Shown: positions 41,628 to 51,178 of the stretch, piece after piece
How positions within the stretch are numbered: position 1 is the stretch's first letter
Layout of the letters: every line of letters starts with the position of its first letter
Assembly: GCA_021443885.1 (NCBI GenBank)
Contig: JABUSW010000194.1
Coordinates: forward strand, 1-56,939
Length of the DNA stretch: 56,939 nucleotides
Source: Blautia sp.
GTDB lineage: Bacteria; Bacillota; Clostridia; Lachnospirales; Lachnospiraceae
Reading direction: 5' to 3'
Translations under genes and position numbers: made by a program
The notes under the pieces: model-generated
Seen by the model: the letters and a program-made list of their open reading frames with translations, nothing else
The model's database searches: none
What the model was told of the DNA's origin: nothing

Positions 41628-42698
41628 TTACGCCTCCTCTTTCTTTTTCCTGAAAAGCTTAGCCGTCAGGCGTTCCCGCATTTCAAGCGCTTTTGGTGAC
41701 CAGTTGACAAGCATCATAACGATCAGAACGATCGCATAAATCAGCATACGATAATCCGACAGGAATCGAAGCATCTCCGGCAGAGCCGTCAGAATGACAG
41801 CCGCAATAATCGAGCCACGGATATTTCCAATACCGCCAAGTACTACAAATACCAATACCAGAATAGAAGTATTGAAGTTGAACTTGGAAGCCTGCAGACC
41901 GGACAGATTGTGCGAGTAAAGTGCTCCGCCTGCTCCAGCCAGTGCTGCAGAAACCGTAAAGGCCATCAATTTATATTTGGTAATATTCAACCCTATGGAC
42001 TCAGCCGCGATCCGATTGTCGCGGATAGCCATAATGGCACGTCCATCCCTGGAATTGATCAGATTCAATACAATGAACAATGTGATCAGCAACAGAATAA
42101 TACCGGACAGGAAAGTCGAGCTTTTCGTAATGCCGGTAATTCCCTGCGGACCTGAAATCAATACTTTTCCGGAAAGGACATCCATATTCAGGTCAAACTC
42201 ACTCATGGTAGATACGTGGAATCCTTTATCATCGATACCAATATAGAACAGATTCAGAATATTCTTGATGATCTCGCCGAAAGCCAGTGTTACGATTGCC
42301 AGGTAGTCTCCCCGCAGGCGCAAAACAGGCACGCCGATCAGGAAGCCTAACAAAGCCGCTACTGCCGCCCCAACGATGATTGCCAGTGCAAAGCGAAGCG
42401 GTACTATGGTAATACTGTCACTGGTAAGCTTTGTAAAAAAAGCACTGGAAAAAGCACCGGCGCACATGAACCCTGCATGGCCAAGGCTCAGTTCTCCGGA
42501 GATTCCCACTACCAGATTCAAAGAAACCGCCAGAATGGAGTACACGCACAGAGATACCAGCAGACCGGAAAGCAGACTGGAAAGGTTTCCTGTACTCTTC
42601 ATCGTCTGCAGGACAGCAAATCCGGCAATGACGATTGCATAAGTGATCAGATTGCTTTTTAATGTTTTTTTCTTCATATTTTCCACCATCATAATCAC
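41628..42698 (-). CDS. livM: Branched-chain amino acid ABC transporter permease
   Basis: SLGHAGF, LRLRGDYLAIVTLAFGEI and AIRDNRIAAES motifs; exact start uncertain (42677-42698). Confidence 0.9.
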   Translation of the reverse strand: MIMMVENMKKKTLKSNLITYAIVIAGFAVLQTMKSTGNLSSLLSGLLVSLCVYSILAVSLNLVVGISGELSLGHAGFMCAGAFSSAFFTKLTSDSITIVPLRFALAIIVGAAVAALLGFLIGVPVLRLRGDYLAIVTLAFGEIIKNILNLFYIGIDDKGFHVSTMSEFDLNMDVLSGKVLISGPQGITGITKSSTFLSGIILLLITLFIVLNLINSRDGRAIMAIRDNRIAAESIGLNITKYKLMAFTVSAALAGAGGALYSHNLSGLQASKFNFNTSILVLVFVVLGGIGNIRGSIIAAVILTALPEMLRFLSDYRMLIYAIVLIVMMLVNWSPKALEMRERLTAKLFRKKKEEA

Positions 42699-43583
42699 CT
42701 ACACTTTCTCCTGAATCTTCTTTCCGAACAAGCCTGTCGGTTTCACCAGAAGGACAATGATCAGAACAGCAAACACTATGGCATCTGACATCTGAGAAGA
42801 AATATAGGCTTTTCCCAGAATCTCGATCACACCAAGAAGAAGACCACCGATCATGGCTCCGGGAATCGAGCCGATCCCTCCAAATACGGCTGCTGTGAAG
42901 GCTTTAATACCCGGCATGGAACCTGTATAAGGGGATAATGTCGGATAAGCAGAGCAGAGCAGAACACCCGCAATCGCTGCAAGTCCGGAACCAATTGCAA
43001 AAGTAAGTGCAATGGTACCGTTCACATTAATACCCATGAGCTGTGCTGCACCTTTGTCCTCAGAGACTGCCAGCATGGCCTGTCCCGGTTTTGTTTTATT
43101 GATAAAAGTTGTCAGAACGATCATGATCACAATACAGCAGATGACTGTCACAATCGACGTGGACGTAATAACCAGAGATCCATCAAATAATTTCATATTT
43201 GGCAATGTTACTACAGACTGGAAGCTTTTCGGTGCAGAACCAAAAATAAGCAGCACAACATTCTGCAGAAAATAGCTGACACCAATGGCTGTAATCAGCA
43301 CTGCAAGGGAAGAAGCTGCCTCCAGAAGCGGACGATATGCGATTGTTTCAATCACGATCCCAAGCACTGTACATACCACAATCGACGCAAGCACAGCCAC
43401 GATCGGATTAGCGCCGGCATTCATCGTTAACGTAAATGCAGCGTAACCGCCTACCATGATAACGTCACCGTGTGCGAAGTTCAGCATTTTCGCAATACCG
43501 TATACCATGGTATATCCCAAAGCGATTATGGCATATACACTGCCAAGGCTGATCCCATTTACTAAATAAGAAATAAAACTCAT
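42699..43583 (-). CDS. livH: Branched-chain amino acid ABC transporter permease
   Basis: YAIIALGYTMVYG...NFAHG and KAFTAAVFGGIGS motifs; ATG 43583 with a GAGGTG RBS. Confidence 0.93.
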   Translation of the reverse strand: MSFISYLVNGISLGSVYAIIALGYTMVYGIAKMLNFAHGDVIMVGGYAAFTLTMNAGANPIVAVLASIVVCTVLGIVIETIAYRPLLEAASSLAVLITAIGVSYFLQNVVLLIFGSAPKSFQSVVTLPNMKLFDGSLVITSTSIVTVICCIVIMIVLTTFINKTKPGQAMLAVSEDKGAAQLMGINVNGTIALTFAIGSGLAAIAGVLLCSAYPTLSPYTGSMPGIKAFTAAVFGGIGSIPGAMIGGLLLGVIEILGKAYISSQMSDAIVFAVLIIVLLVKPTGLFGKKIQEKV

Positions 43584-43612
43584 AAACCACCTCATGCTTT
43601 ATATGTTGCATA

Positions 43613-43653
43613 AACCAAAAGAGGGGGCTGCGGGTGCATCCCCCTCTTTGGTT
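43613..43653 (-). terminator. Intercistronic hairpin after livK (terminator or mRNA stabiliser)
   Basis: AACCAAAAGAGGGG..TGC / GCA.CCCCTCTTTGGTT. Confidence 0.65.
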
Positions 43654-43685
43654 CTAATCATTTATGCGTCATTATAACTCTTTGC

Positions 43686-44840
43686 TTACTGTGCGTTTTC
43701 GAAAGCCACATATGCGCCATCTTTAATTACAACAGCTGTAGGAGTCTTGGCAACCTTTCCATCTGCTGTCCATGTCATAACGCCTGTAAGTCCGGAAACT
43801 TCGATCTCTGTGAAGGCTTCCTTCATAGCATCACATACTGCAGAAGCATCCATGTCTGCTGTAAGCTCTTTTGCTTCCATAGCTGCTTTCAGAGCATATA
43901 CACAGTCATATCCGTCAGCTGCAAACTGATTCGGGATATCTTCGTGCTGTTCCTGGAAGGTAGTAACAAAGTTAACAGTTGCATCATCGGTTGCATCTGC
44001 TGCGAATGGTGTCAGAAGCATAACGCCTTCTGCAAGAGTTGTGTCAAAACCTTCTACGGTAAGAATTCCGTCCATACCGTCTACGCCAAACCATACCGGT
44101 GCGAATTCAGCATCAGCTGCCTGTTTCAGGATAACTGCTGCTGCATCATAATAGATTGGAAGGAATACCAGCTCTGCACCTGCATCTTTTGCTGCCTGGA
44201 TCTGTGCAGAGAAGTCTGTCTTGGAGTCATCCGTAAAGGAAGTTTCCGAAACGATCTCAAAGTTCTGGTTTTCTGCTTCTGCACGGAATGTTGCATAAAT
44301 ACCAGCGGAGTATGCGTCTGCGCTATTATAGATTACTGCAACCTTTGTAGCATCAAGGTTATTAGCAATATACTGTGCAGATGCAGTTCCCTGTGCCGGG
44401 TCTGTAAAGCAAACCTGGAAAAGGTTGTCACCGGCTTCCAGTACCTTCTCAGAAGAAGCAGACGGTGTCAGCATAAATACGTTGTCATTTGCAGCTTCTG
44501 TAGAAACTGCGATACATGGGTTTGTTGTAACGCAGCCAACAACTGCCTGTACGCCCCAGTCTTTCAAAGTATTGTAAGCGTTTACCGATTTCTCAGCATC
44601 ATGTTCATCATCCTGTGCGTTGAACTCAACCTGCATTCCATTGATACCGCCGGCTGCATTGATCTCATCAACTGCGATCTGTGCGCCCCACATAGCATGT
44701 GTACCATAAATTGCAGCTGCTCCGGTAAGTGGTCCGATTCCACCGATTTTCCATGTATCTTCTGCAAATACTGCCGTGGAAAGCATTGTCGCTGCCATTG
44801 CTGTAGCCATTGTGAGGCTGAGAGCCTTTTTCAAATTCAT
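43686..44840 (-). CDS. livK: Branched-chain amino acid ABC transporter substrate-binding protein
   Basis: IGGIGPLTG..A.YG, DEINAAGG, FTDPAQG, YS.G and QFAADGYD motifs; operon context; SPase I-type signal peptide. Confidence 0.88.
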   Translation of the reverse strand: MNLKKALSLTMATAMAATMLSTAVFAEDTWKIGGIGPLTGAAAIYGTHAMWGAQIAVDEINAAGGINGMQVEFNAQDDEHDAEKSVNAYNTLKDWGVQAVVGCVTTNPCIAVSTEAANDNVFMLTPSASSEKVLEAGDNLFQVCFTDPAQGTASAQYIANNLDATKVAVIYNSADAYSAGIYATFRAEAENQNFEIVSETSFTDDSKTDFSAQIQAAKDAGAELVFLPIYYDAAAVILKQAADAEFAPVWFGVDGMDGILTVEGFDTTLAEGVMLLTPFAADATDDATVNFVTTFQEQHEDIPNQFAADGYDCVYALKAAMEAKELTADMDASAVCDAMKEAFTEIEVSGLTGVMTWTADGKVAKTPTAVVIKDGAYVAFENAQ

Positions 44841-44875
44841 AATAATTTCCTCCTTCTTTTATCAGATGATGTCAA

Positions 44876-44904
44876 ATTATAGCATTCCCAACTTTTCTAT
44901 GCAA
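44876..44904 (-). promoter_or_regulatory. Sigma-A promoter of the liv operon
   Basis: TTGCAT - 17 - TG.TATAAT (extended -10). Confidence 0.65.
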
Positions 44905-44927
44905 GCAAAAGTTTAGAATATTTTAAT

Positions 44928-44954
44928 AAACGCCCGGCTTAAACCGGGCGTTTC
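44928..44954 (-). terminator. Terminator after rplT
   Basis: AAACGCCCGG-N-CCGGGCGTTT. Confidence 0.8.
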
Positions 44955-44974
44955 ACATCCTTTACATTGCCTGA

Positions 44975-45331
44975 TTAAGCAATTGCTTTCTTTGCGATTT
45001 CAGCCAGTGCTGCAAATCCTTCTGCATCATTTACAGCCATCTCTGCCAGCATCTTTCTGTTGATATCGATGTTGGCAACCTTCAGTCCGTGCATCAGCTT
45101 GCTGTAGGAAAGTCCGTTCATTCTTGCTGCCGCATTGATACGGGCGATCCAAAGCTGTCTGAACTGACGTTTCTTCTGCTTACGTCCTGCATAGGAGCTT
45201 GTAAGCGCACGCATTACAGACTGTTTTGCTACTCTATACTGTTTGGAACGGGCTCCTCTGTAACCCTTTGCCAGTTTTAATACACGATTATGTTTTTTCT
45301 TAGCATTTAAGCCGCCTTTGATTCTTGCCAT
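44975..45331 (-). CDS. rplT: 50S ribosomal protein L20
   Basis: AKGYRGARS and [16 protein letters not shown] motifs. Confidence 0.98.
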   Translation of the reverse strand: MARIKGGLNAKKKHNRVLKLAKGYRGARSKQYRVAKQSVMRALTSSYAGRKQKKRQFRQLWIARINAAARMNGLSYSKLMHGLKVANIDINRKMLAEMAVNDAEGFAALAEIAKKAIA

Positions 45332-45362
45332 TTCTCATTTCCTCCTGTTCGTCTTCTCTATC

Positions 45363-45560
45363 TTATAAATATGGTAATGCTTTTCTCATGTTCTTTACAT
45401 TTGTAGAATCAACAACAGTAGATTTTCTGAGGTTTCTTTTTCTCTTCTGGGATTTCTTTGTCAAGATGTGGCTCTTGTATGCTTTATTTCTTAATAACTT
45501 TCCTGTACCTGTCTTTTTGAAACGTTTTGCTGCTGCTCTACATGTTTTAATTTTTGGCAT
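45363..45560 (-). CDS. rpmI: 50S ribosomal protein L35
   Basis: [19 protein letters not shown] and HILTKKS motifs. Confidence 0.98.
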   Translation of the reverse strand: MPKIKTCRAAAKRFKKTGTGKLLRNKAYKSHILTKKSQKRKRNLRKSTVVDSTNVKNMRKALPYL

Positions 45561-45589
45561 TGCTATTTCCTCCTTAATATGTGTCTAAT

Positions 45590-46096
45590 TTAGCGTTTTT
45601 CGGTCAAAAACATCGTCATACTTCTGCCTTCAACCTTTGGAGCCTTCTCCACAGTTGCCACATCTGCAAGCATCTGTGCAAAATCATCCAGCACATGTTT
45701 GCTGTTTGCCATGTGCGCCATCTCTCTTCCCCTGAATCGGAGTGTAACCTTGACCCTATCCCCTTTGGAAAGGAATTTGCGGGCTGCGTTGACCTTTGTA
45801 TTCAGATCGTTTGTATCAATGTTTGGAGAAAGACGAACTTCTTTTACATCGATGGTTTTTTGTTTCTTCTTAGCCTCTTTTTCTTTGCGGGCCAATTCAT
45901 AACGGTATTTTCCATAATCAATAATCTTACATACCGGCGGTTTTGCCTGCGGTGCGATCTTCACCAGATCCAAACCTGCCTCCTGGGCTTTTGCCATCGC
46001 TTCCTTCGCTGATACGATTCCCATCTGTGAACCATCCGGTCCGATCAGACGAACCTCTTTGTCGCGAATCTGTTCGTTAATCATTAAATTGCTAAT
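45590..46096 (-). CDS. infC: Translation initiation factor IF-3 (ATT start codon)
   Basis: MINEQIRDKEVRLI, PPVCKIIDYGK and LRFRGREM motifs; GGAGG lies 9 nt upstream of an in-frame ATT at 46096, the known non-AUG start of infC. Confidence 0.95.
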   Translation of the reverse strand: MSNLMINEQIRDKEVRLIGPDGSQMGIVSAKEAMAKAQEAGLDLVKIAPQAKPPVCKIIDYGKYRYELARKEKEAKKKQKTIDVKEVRLSPNIDTNDLNTKVNAARKFLSKGDRVKVTLRFRGREMAHMANSKHVLDDFAQMLADVATVEKAPKVEGRSMTMFLTEKR

Positions 46097-46149
46097 TGTC
46101 TTACACCTCCATACACGATAAAATACATAACCTGCTACACTCTTTAAAA

Positions 46150-46310
46150 TGAAAAAAAGTGCGGAGCAGATCCACACTTTATTACACACATCACTGCGGC
46201 GCAGCCGCAAGTGTAACCACAGATCTTCCCAAAACATCTGCGGCACTGTGCAATATATACCCGAGTCACTTCTATGAGTGCTAAGGTGAGAGTGATCTCT
46301 GCTTTCTTTT
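46150..46310 (-). ncRNA. Ribosomal protein L20 leader (autoregulatory attenuator)
   Basis: AAGCAGAGAUCACUCUCACCU 5' motif; terminator AAAGUGUGGA-UCUGC-UCCGCACUUUUUUU; lies upstream of infC-rpmI-rplT. Confidence 0.8.
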
Positions 46311-46326
46311 CTTCACGTACCCGAGT

Positions 46327-46364
46327 ATGATAACGCAAATCCCCTTGAATGTCAAGGGGATTTG
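46327..46364 (-). promoter_or_regulatory. infC promoter whose -35 lies inside the ftsZ 3' hairpin
   Basis: TTGACA (46355-46350) - 17 - TATCAT (46332-46327); 13-bp inverted repeat CAAATCCCCTTGA at 46336-46364. Confidence 0.7.
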
Positions 46365-46395
46365 GAAAATATACATATGAATCAATCCTATTACA

Positions 46396-47550
46396 TTATC
46401 TCTTTTTCAGGAAATCAGGAATCTGGATATCCTTTTTCTGAACCGTACTTGTGGTTACCCGGGAATTAAATGGTGTCGAATTCATAGTCGGCATGGAAAA
46501 GCTCGGCATGCTCATACTTCCCATAGAAGGTGTCGGTGCAGCTGTTCTCTTGGATGAGAAAGAGGAACCGGTACTTCTTGTGAAAGGACTGTTCTGCGTA
46601 TTGTCAGCGATTCCGGTGGCAATTACGGTAATTCTTGCATAATCCGCAACAGTATCATCGTACATAGCACCAAAGATAATATTTGCATCTTCGCCTGTGA
46701 GCTCCTGAACATAGCTTGCAGCTTCGTTTGCGTCCATAAGGGAAATATCACCGGAAATATTGATGATAACATGGGTAGCACCTTTGATGGTTGTCTCAAG
46801 CAGCGGTGAGGATACAGCCTGCTGTACCGCTTCCATAGCCTTAACATCCCCTCTGGCTTCCCCAATACCGATATGGGCAATTCCTTTATCCGTCATAACC
46901 GTCTGAACATCTGCAAAATCAAGATTGATCAGTGCCGGCAGGTTGATCAGGTCTGTGATTCCCTGTACCGCCTGCTGGAGTACTTCATCCGCTTTGCGAA
47001 GCGCTTCCGGCATCGTTGTACGGCGATCTACCACTTCCAGAAGCTTATCATTGGGGATTACGATCAATGTATCTACGGCCTTTTTCAGATTCTCGATTCC
47101 GACCAGGGCATTATTCATACGGGTCTTTGCCTCAAAACGGAAAGGCTTTGTAACAACACCGACGGTGAGGATTCCCAGCTCCTTTGCTGCAGCTGCAATA
47201 ACAGGCGCAGCACCGGTTCCGGTTCCGCCGCCCATACCACAGGTAACAAATACCATATCTGCATCCTGAATCAGTTCCTTAACCTCTTCAATGCTCTCCT
47301 CCGCTGCTTTCGCGCCAACCTCCGGCTGTGCTCCTGCGCCAAGGCCTTTCGTAATTTTCTCTCCGATCTGAAGGATCGTCGGCGCTTTGCAAAGAGTCAA
47401 CGCCTGTTTATCTGTATTCACACCGACGAATTCCACACCGCCGATTGCTTCTTCAACCATTCTGTTTACTGCATTGTTTCCGGCTCCACCTACTCCAATT
47501 ACAATAATTTTTGCAGATGATTCAGCCTCATTCGTCAATACCTCTATCAA
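46396..47550 (-). CDS. ftsZ: Cell division protein FtsZ
   Basis: [25 protein letters not shown] and C-terminal IQIPDFLK motifs; TTG start at 47550 with a GGGAGG RBS. Confidence 0.97.
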   Translation of the reverse strand: MIEVLTNEAESSAKIIVIGVGGAGNNAVNRMVEEAIGGVEFVGVNTDKQALTLCKAPTILQIGEKITKGLGAGAQPEVGAKAAEESIEEVKELIQDADMVFVTCGMGGGTGTGAAPVIAAAAKELGILTVGVVTKPFRFEAKTRMNNALVGIENLKKAVDTLIVIPNDKLLEVVDRRTTMPEALRKADEVLQQAVQGITDLINLPALINLDFADVQTVMTDKGIAHIGIGEARGDVKAMEAVQQAVSSPLLETTIKGATHVIINISGDISLMDANEAASYVQELTGEDANIIFGAMYDDTVADYARITVIATGIADNTQNSPFTRSTGSSFSSKRTAAPTPSMGSMSMPSFSMPTMNSTPFNSRVTTSTVQKKDIQIPDFLKKR

Positions 47551-47714
47551 TGTGCTTCCTCCCTTATCTTCTCCTAAGTCACACAATATGCATACTCAGT
47601 GTATTATAATTAATTTTCACATATAGCTACATCATATAGTTTTTTTGTCGATAACGCAACTGTTAAATCAAATTTTTTATATTTTTTTCAGTTATTTCCG
47701 AACTTTTCCGAAAA

Positions 47715-48779
47715 CTATCCATAAGAATTATAAGCGTCATCACCGGAATCATAACTGTCATAGGAGTCATAAGAGGTATTGTCATATGGTTCCTTATTTA
47801 CATTATCATAAGGCTTCTTATAATTGTCACCGTAGGAGTCCCCGTATGTATCCGAATATCCATACCCATAGCTGTAATCCCCGGATGCCAGCGTATCTTC
47901 TCCTTCTTCCGTTTCTTCCATACCTTCCGGTTTCGGACCTACGTGGTTTCCTTCTTCGTCATACTCCCCTTCTCCTGTATATTCTCCGTTTTCGTCATAT
48001 CCTCCATTCCACTGGTCCGGTGAAATCTGAAGTTTTTCTTCTTCAAAGGTGATATTCTTCAGATTATCCGATACACTTTCCGCATGCAGGATACCCTTTT
48101 TCCCGGAAATCTTAGGAAGGATCGCTATCACCCTGGCCATCTTGTCTTCCAGAAATTCATCTTTTCCCAACATCACAGTGATGTCTCCGTACAGCAGGGA
48201 AATCTGTGAGTTGTCATCAAACTGAATATGATCGGGTACCAGATCATTCTTCTGAAAAATCGTAGCCAGTGCCACAGCAGTGTTCATTATTGCCTTTCCC
48301 TTAATTGGAAGCTCCTGTCCCATGATCACATAGCTCACCTGAATACCATCGAAGAATGGAACCGACATATCCCGGGATTTGGTGCCCTCAATGAAAATTC
48401 CTTCTCTGTCAAAATACACATAACTGTCCAGATAAGGAATGCATCCTACCGGACGTACCTCCTTGACGCCCACGGCTATGGTATGTCGATCGATCTGCTC
48501 CACCGAAAAACTCTCTACAAACGGAACATCTTTCGTATTCTTCTTGGAATACAGAATTGGCGCCAGCACGGAATTGGATGCCAGCGGACCGCGAAGAACC
48601 ATGGATTTGATCTCCTCTTCCGTATAATGACTGCTGGCCATTACTTCGATATTGTCTACTTTAAAATATACAAAGAAGAAAATCAGGCCTGTAAGAAGCA
48701 GCACAGAGACTACGCCATAGATGGCATATTTTGTTTTTTTGTCTATTTTTATCTGTTTTCTATATTCTGATTCCCTCAT
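47715..48779 (-). CDS. ftsQ: FtsQ/DivIB-like cell division protein with an acidic/Tyr-rich tail
   Basis: Single TM, POTRA-like KVDNIEV...HYTEEEI, YFDREG and ITVMLG motifs; located between murD and ftsZ. Confidence 0.75.
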   Translation of the reverse strand: MRESEYRKQIKIDKKTKYAIYGVVSVLLLTGLIFFFVYFKVDNIEVMASSHYTEEEIKSMVLRGPLASNSVLAPILYSKKNTKDVPFVESFSVEQIDRHTIAVGVKEVRPVGCIPYLDSYVYFDREGIFIEGTKSRDMSVPFFDGIQVSYVIMGQELPIKGKAIMNTAVALATIFQKNDLVPDHIQFDDNSQISLLYGDITVMLGKDEFLEDKMARVIAILPKISGKKGILHAESVSDNLKNITFEEEKLQISPDQWNGGYDENGEYTGEGEYDEEGNHVGPKPEGMEETEEGEDTLASGDYSYGYGYSDTYGDSYGDNYKKPYDNVNKEPYDNTSYDSYDSYDSGDDAYNSYG

Positions 48780-48812
48780 ACATCTCTTCTTTATCAATGA
48801 TTCTTGTTAAAT

Positions 48813-50168
48813 CTATAACGCATAGACATATTCTTTGAACATATCTCCACGCTGTTCGTAATTGTCAAACTGTCCCCAGCTTGCACATGCAGGAGATAAG
48901 AGGACTGCATCTCCGGAATCCGCCTTATCCGCACAGATCTTAACGGCTTGTGCAAGGTTCTCACACAAAATGACGTCATGAAAGCCGAGGCGCTCAGCAG
49001 ATGCTTTTATATCATATTTGGTAGCCCCGATCAATACCAGATAGCGGACCTTTCCGTCAAAAGCCCGGATCCATTCATCGTAATTCGAGCCTTTGTCATA
49101 TCCGCCTCCGATGAGAAGTGTCGGCCGATTCATGGCCTGAATGCCTTTGATGGCAGCATCCGGATTCGTTCCCTTTGAATCGTTGTAATATACAACCCCG
49201 TTCTTCTCTGTCACATACTCAATGCGATGCTCCACCGCAGTAAAGGCACACACAGAGGAGCGGATGCTTTCCATCGAAACCCCTGCATAATATGCCATGG
49301 CAATTCCTGCCATTACATTTTCAAAATTGTGTTTTCCCAGGAGCTTCAGATCCCCGGTTTTCACAACCGGTATTTCTTCCTGCTCTGTCCTCAGAATAAT
49401 CGCATCTCCCCGGAGAAAAATCCCCTGTTCCAGTTCTCTTTCACTGGAAAAATAGACGGACTTCGGTACGCAATGCTCCCCGAAAGCTCTCAGAACTTCA
49501 TCTTCATAATTCAATACGCAATAATCTTCTTCTGTCTGATTCTTTGTGATCTGTTCCTTGACCCGAATGTACTCCTCCATTGTATGATGGCGATTCAGAT
49601 GATCCTCGGTAATATTCAGGATCGCACTGACCTTTGGTGCAAACTCTTCAATGGTCTCAAGCTGAAAGCTGGAGATCTCAGCGACTGTGATTGTCTCCTC
49701 TTTCATTTCCAGAGAGCGGGATGTATAGGGCGTCCCGATATTTCCCACTACATATACCGAAGGCCTGGCATCCGCCATGATTTTCCCAAGGAGTGCCGTT
49801 GTCGTTGTTTTCCCGTTTGTTCCTGTAATTGCAAGAACACTCCCCTTGCCGGTGCGATATGCCAGCTCCACTTCTCCCCACAAGGGAAGGCCTCTTTTTC
49901 GAAACTCTTCAACGATCGGGAGATCCGTAGGCACTCCGGGACTCAGAACCACAAGATCCAACGTCCGGACCACTTCCTCCGGAAGCACACCAACATATAC
50001 CTCTGCCTGATAAGTGCCATTGGTTTTTGCGATAACCTCTTCTTTATTCACTTTTTGATTTCCATCATATATAACCGGAAATGCACCGACAGCACCCAGA
50101 AGATCTGCCGCACCTGTTCCACTTTTTCCGGAACCGAAAACCAGCACCTTTTTTCCTCGTAATTCCAT
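48813..50168 (-). CDS. murD: UDP-N-acetylmuramoyl-L-alanine--D-glutamate ligase
   Basis: SPGVP, ITGTNGKTTT, EISSFQL, DHLNRH, YNDSKGTN and LLSPACASW motifs. Confidence 0.97.
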   Translation of the reverse strand: MELRGKKVLVFGSGKSGTGAADLLGAVGAFPVIYDGNQKVNKEEVIAKTNGTYQAEVYVGVLPEEVVRTLDLVVLSPGVPTDLPIVEEFRKRGLPLWGEVELAYRTGKGSVLAITGTNGKTTTTALLGKIMADARPSVYVVGNIGTPYTSRSLEMKEETITVAEISSFQLETIEEFAPKVSAILNITEDHLNRHHTMEEYIRVKEQITKNQTEEDYCVLNYEDEVLRAFGEHCVPKSVYFSSERELEQGIFLRGDAIILRTEQEEIPVVKTGDLKLLGKHNFENVMAGIAMAYYAGVSMESIRSSVCAFTAVEHRIEYVTEKNGVVYYNDSKGTNPDAAIKGIQAMNRPTLLIGGGYDKGSNYDEWIRAFDGKVRYLVLIGATKYDIKASAERLGFHDVILCENLAQAVKICADKADSGDAVLLSPACASWGQFDNYEQRGDMFKEYVYAL

Positions 50169-50179
50169 TTATCTGCCTC

Positions 50180-51142
50180 CTACAATGCAAGAAGTGAAAT
50201 CAGACACATCACCACGGTAATGACAGAAAACACTGTCACGATACGCGTTTCTGACCACCCGCACAATTCAAAATGATGATGGATCGGAGCCATCTTGAAA
50301 ATCCGTTTCCCATGCGTCATTTTAAAATAAGACACCTGGAGAATCACGGACAATACTTCCACAAGATAAATAATACCAATGAGAATAATGAACAACGGCA
50401 TGTTCATCATATAGGCCGCGCCTGCGACAAAGCCTCCCAGAGCAAGTGAACCGGTGTCTCCCATGAACACCTTCGCCGGATAAACATTGAACAGCAGAAA
50501 CCCCATCAAGGCTCCGGCAACTGCGCCGGTAACCGGTTCGATCCCTGCATTTTTCATCATTGCCACGATAGTTAAGAACACTGCCACGATTTCTGTCACG
50601 CTGGAGGCCAGCCCGTCCAGTCCATCCGTAAAATTCACCCCATTGACGGTGCCGATCACTGCAAAATACAACAGCGGTATCGCAAACCAGCCCGGATCCC
50701 AGCTCATCCCGGTAAACGGTACCTTCATCATAAGCGATACGTCGGTAAATTTTAACATATAGAATACAAATATGGTTGTGAATATGATCTGCAGAAGAAA
50801 CTTCTGCCATGCAAGCAAGCCGTCCGAGCGTTTCAGGACTACCTTGAGATAGTCATCCAGAAAGCCGATCAGACCAAAACCGATGGTTAAAACCAGAACC
50901 GGTACAATTTTCGGATAAGCTTTGATATAAATCAAAGAAGTCAGCAGTATGGCAGTCAGAAAAATCAGTCCCCCCATGGTTGGAGTCCCTGCTTTTTTTA
51001 AATGAGACTGCACGCCATCTACACGTTCTGTCTGTCCCATCTTCAGCTTTCTAAGAAACGGAATGATCATCGGTCCTAACAGCACACTGATCAGAAAAGC
51101 AATCATCACCGGCAATACCGGCATCATCAAATCTATACGCAT
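50180..51142 (-). CDS. mraY: Phospho-N-acetylmuramoyl-pentapeptide transferase
   Basis: KAGTPTMGG, GFLDD, NFTDGLDGL, FMGDTGS and MAPIHHHFE motifs. Confidence 0.97.
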   Translation of the reverse strand: MRIDLMMPVLPVMIAFLISVLLGPMIIPFLRKLKMGQTERVDGVQSHLKKAGTPTMGGLIFLTAILLTSLIYIKAYPKIVPVLVLTIGFGLIGFLDDYLKVVLKRSDGLLAWQKFLLQIIFTTIFVFYMLKFTDVSLMMKVPFTGMSWDPGWFAIPLLYFAVIGTVNGVNFTDGLDGLASSVTEIVAVFLTIVAMMKNAGIEPVTGAVAGALMGFLLFNVYPAKVFMGDTGSLALGGFVAGAAYMMNMPLFIILIGIIYLVEVLSVILQVSYFKMTHGKRIFKMAPIHHHFELCGWSETRIVTVFSVITVVMCLISLLAL

Positions 51143-51178
51143 AGTTTACCTCTTTCAGTCCTTTTTTATTATACGTCC

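Noticed and set aside
40722-41699. 325-aa plus-strand ORF, and similar long antisense ORFs over livK, murD, glnA, pduP and cysK
   Set aside because: Codon-bias shadows of well-supported genes on the opposite strand.
44905-44927. CodY box upstream of livK
   Set aside because: Four mismatches to the consensus in AT-rich DNA; plausible biologically but not supportable from sequence alone.
46097-46246. N-terminal extension of IF-3 given by the ORF track
   Set aside because: Overlaps the L20 leader and its terminator; the true start is the ATT at 46096.
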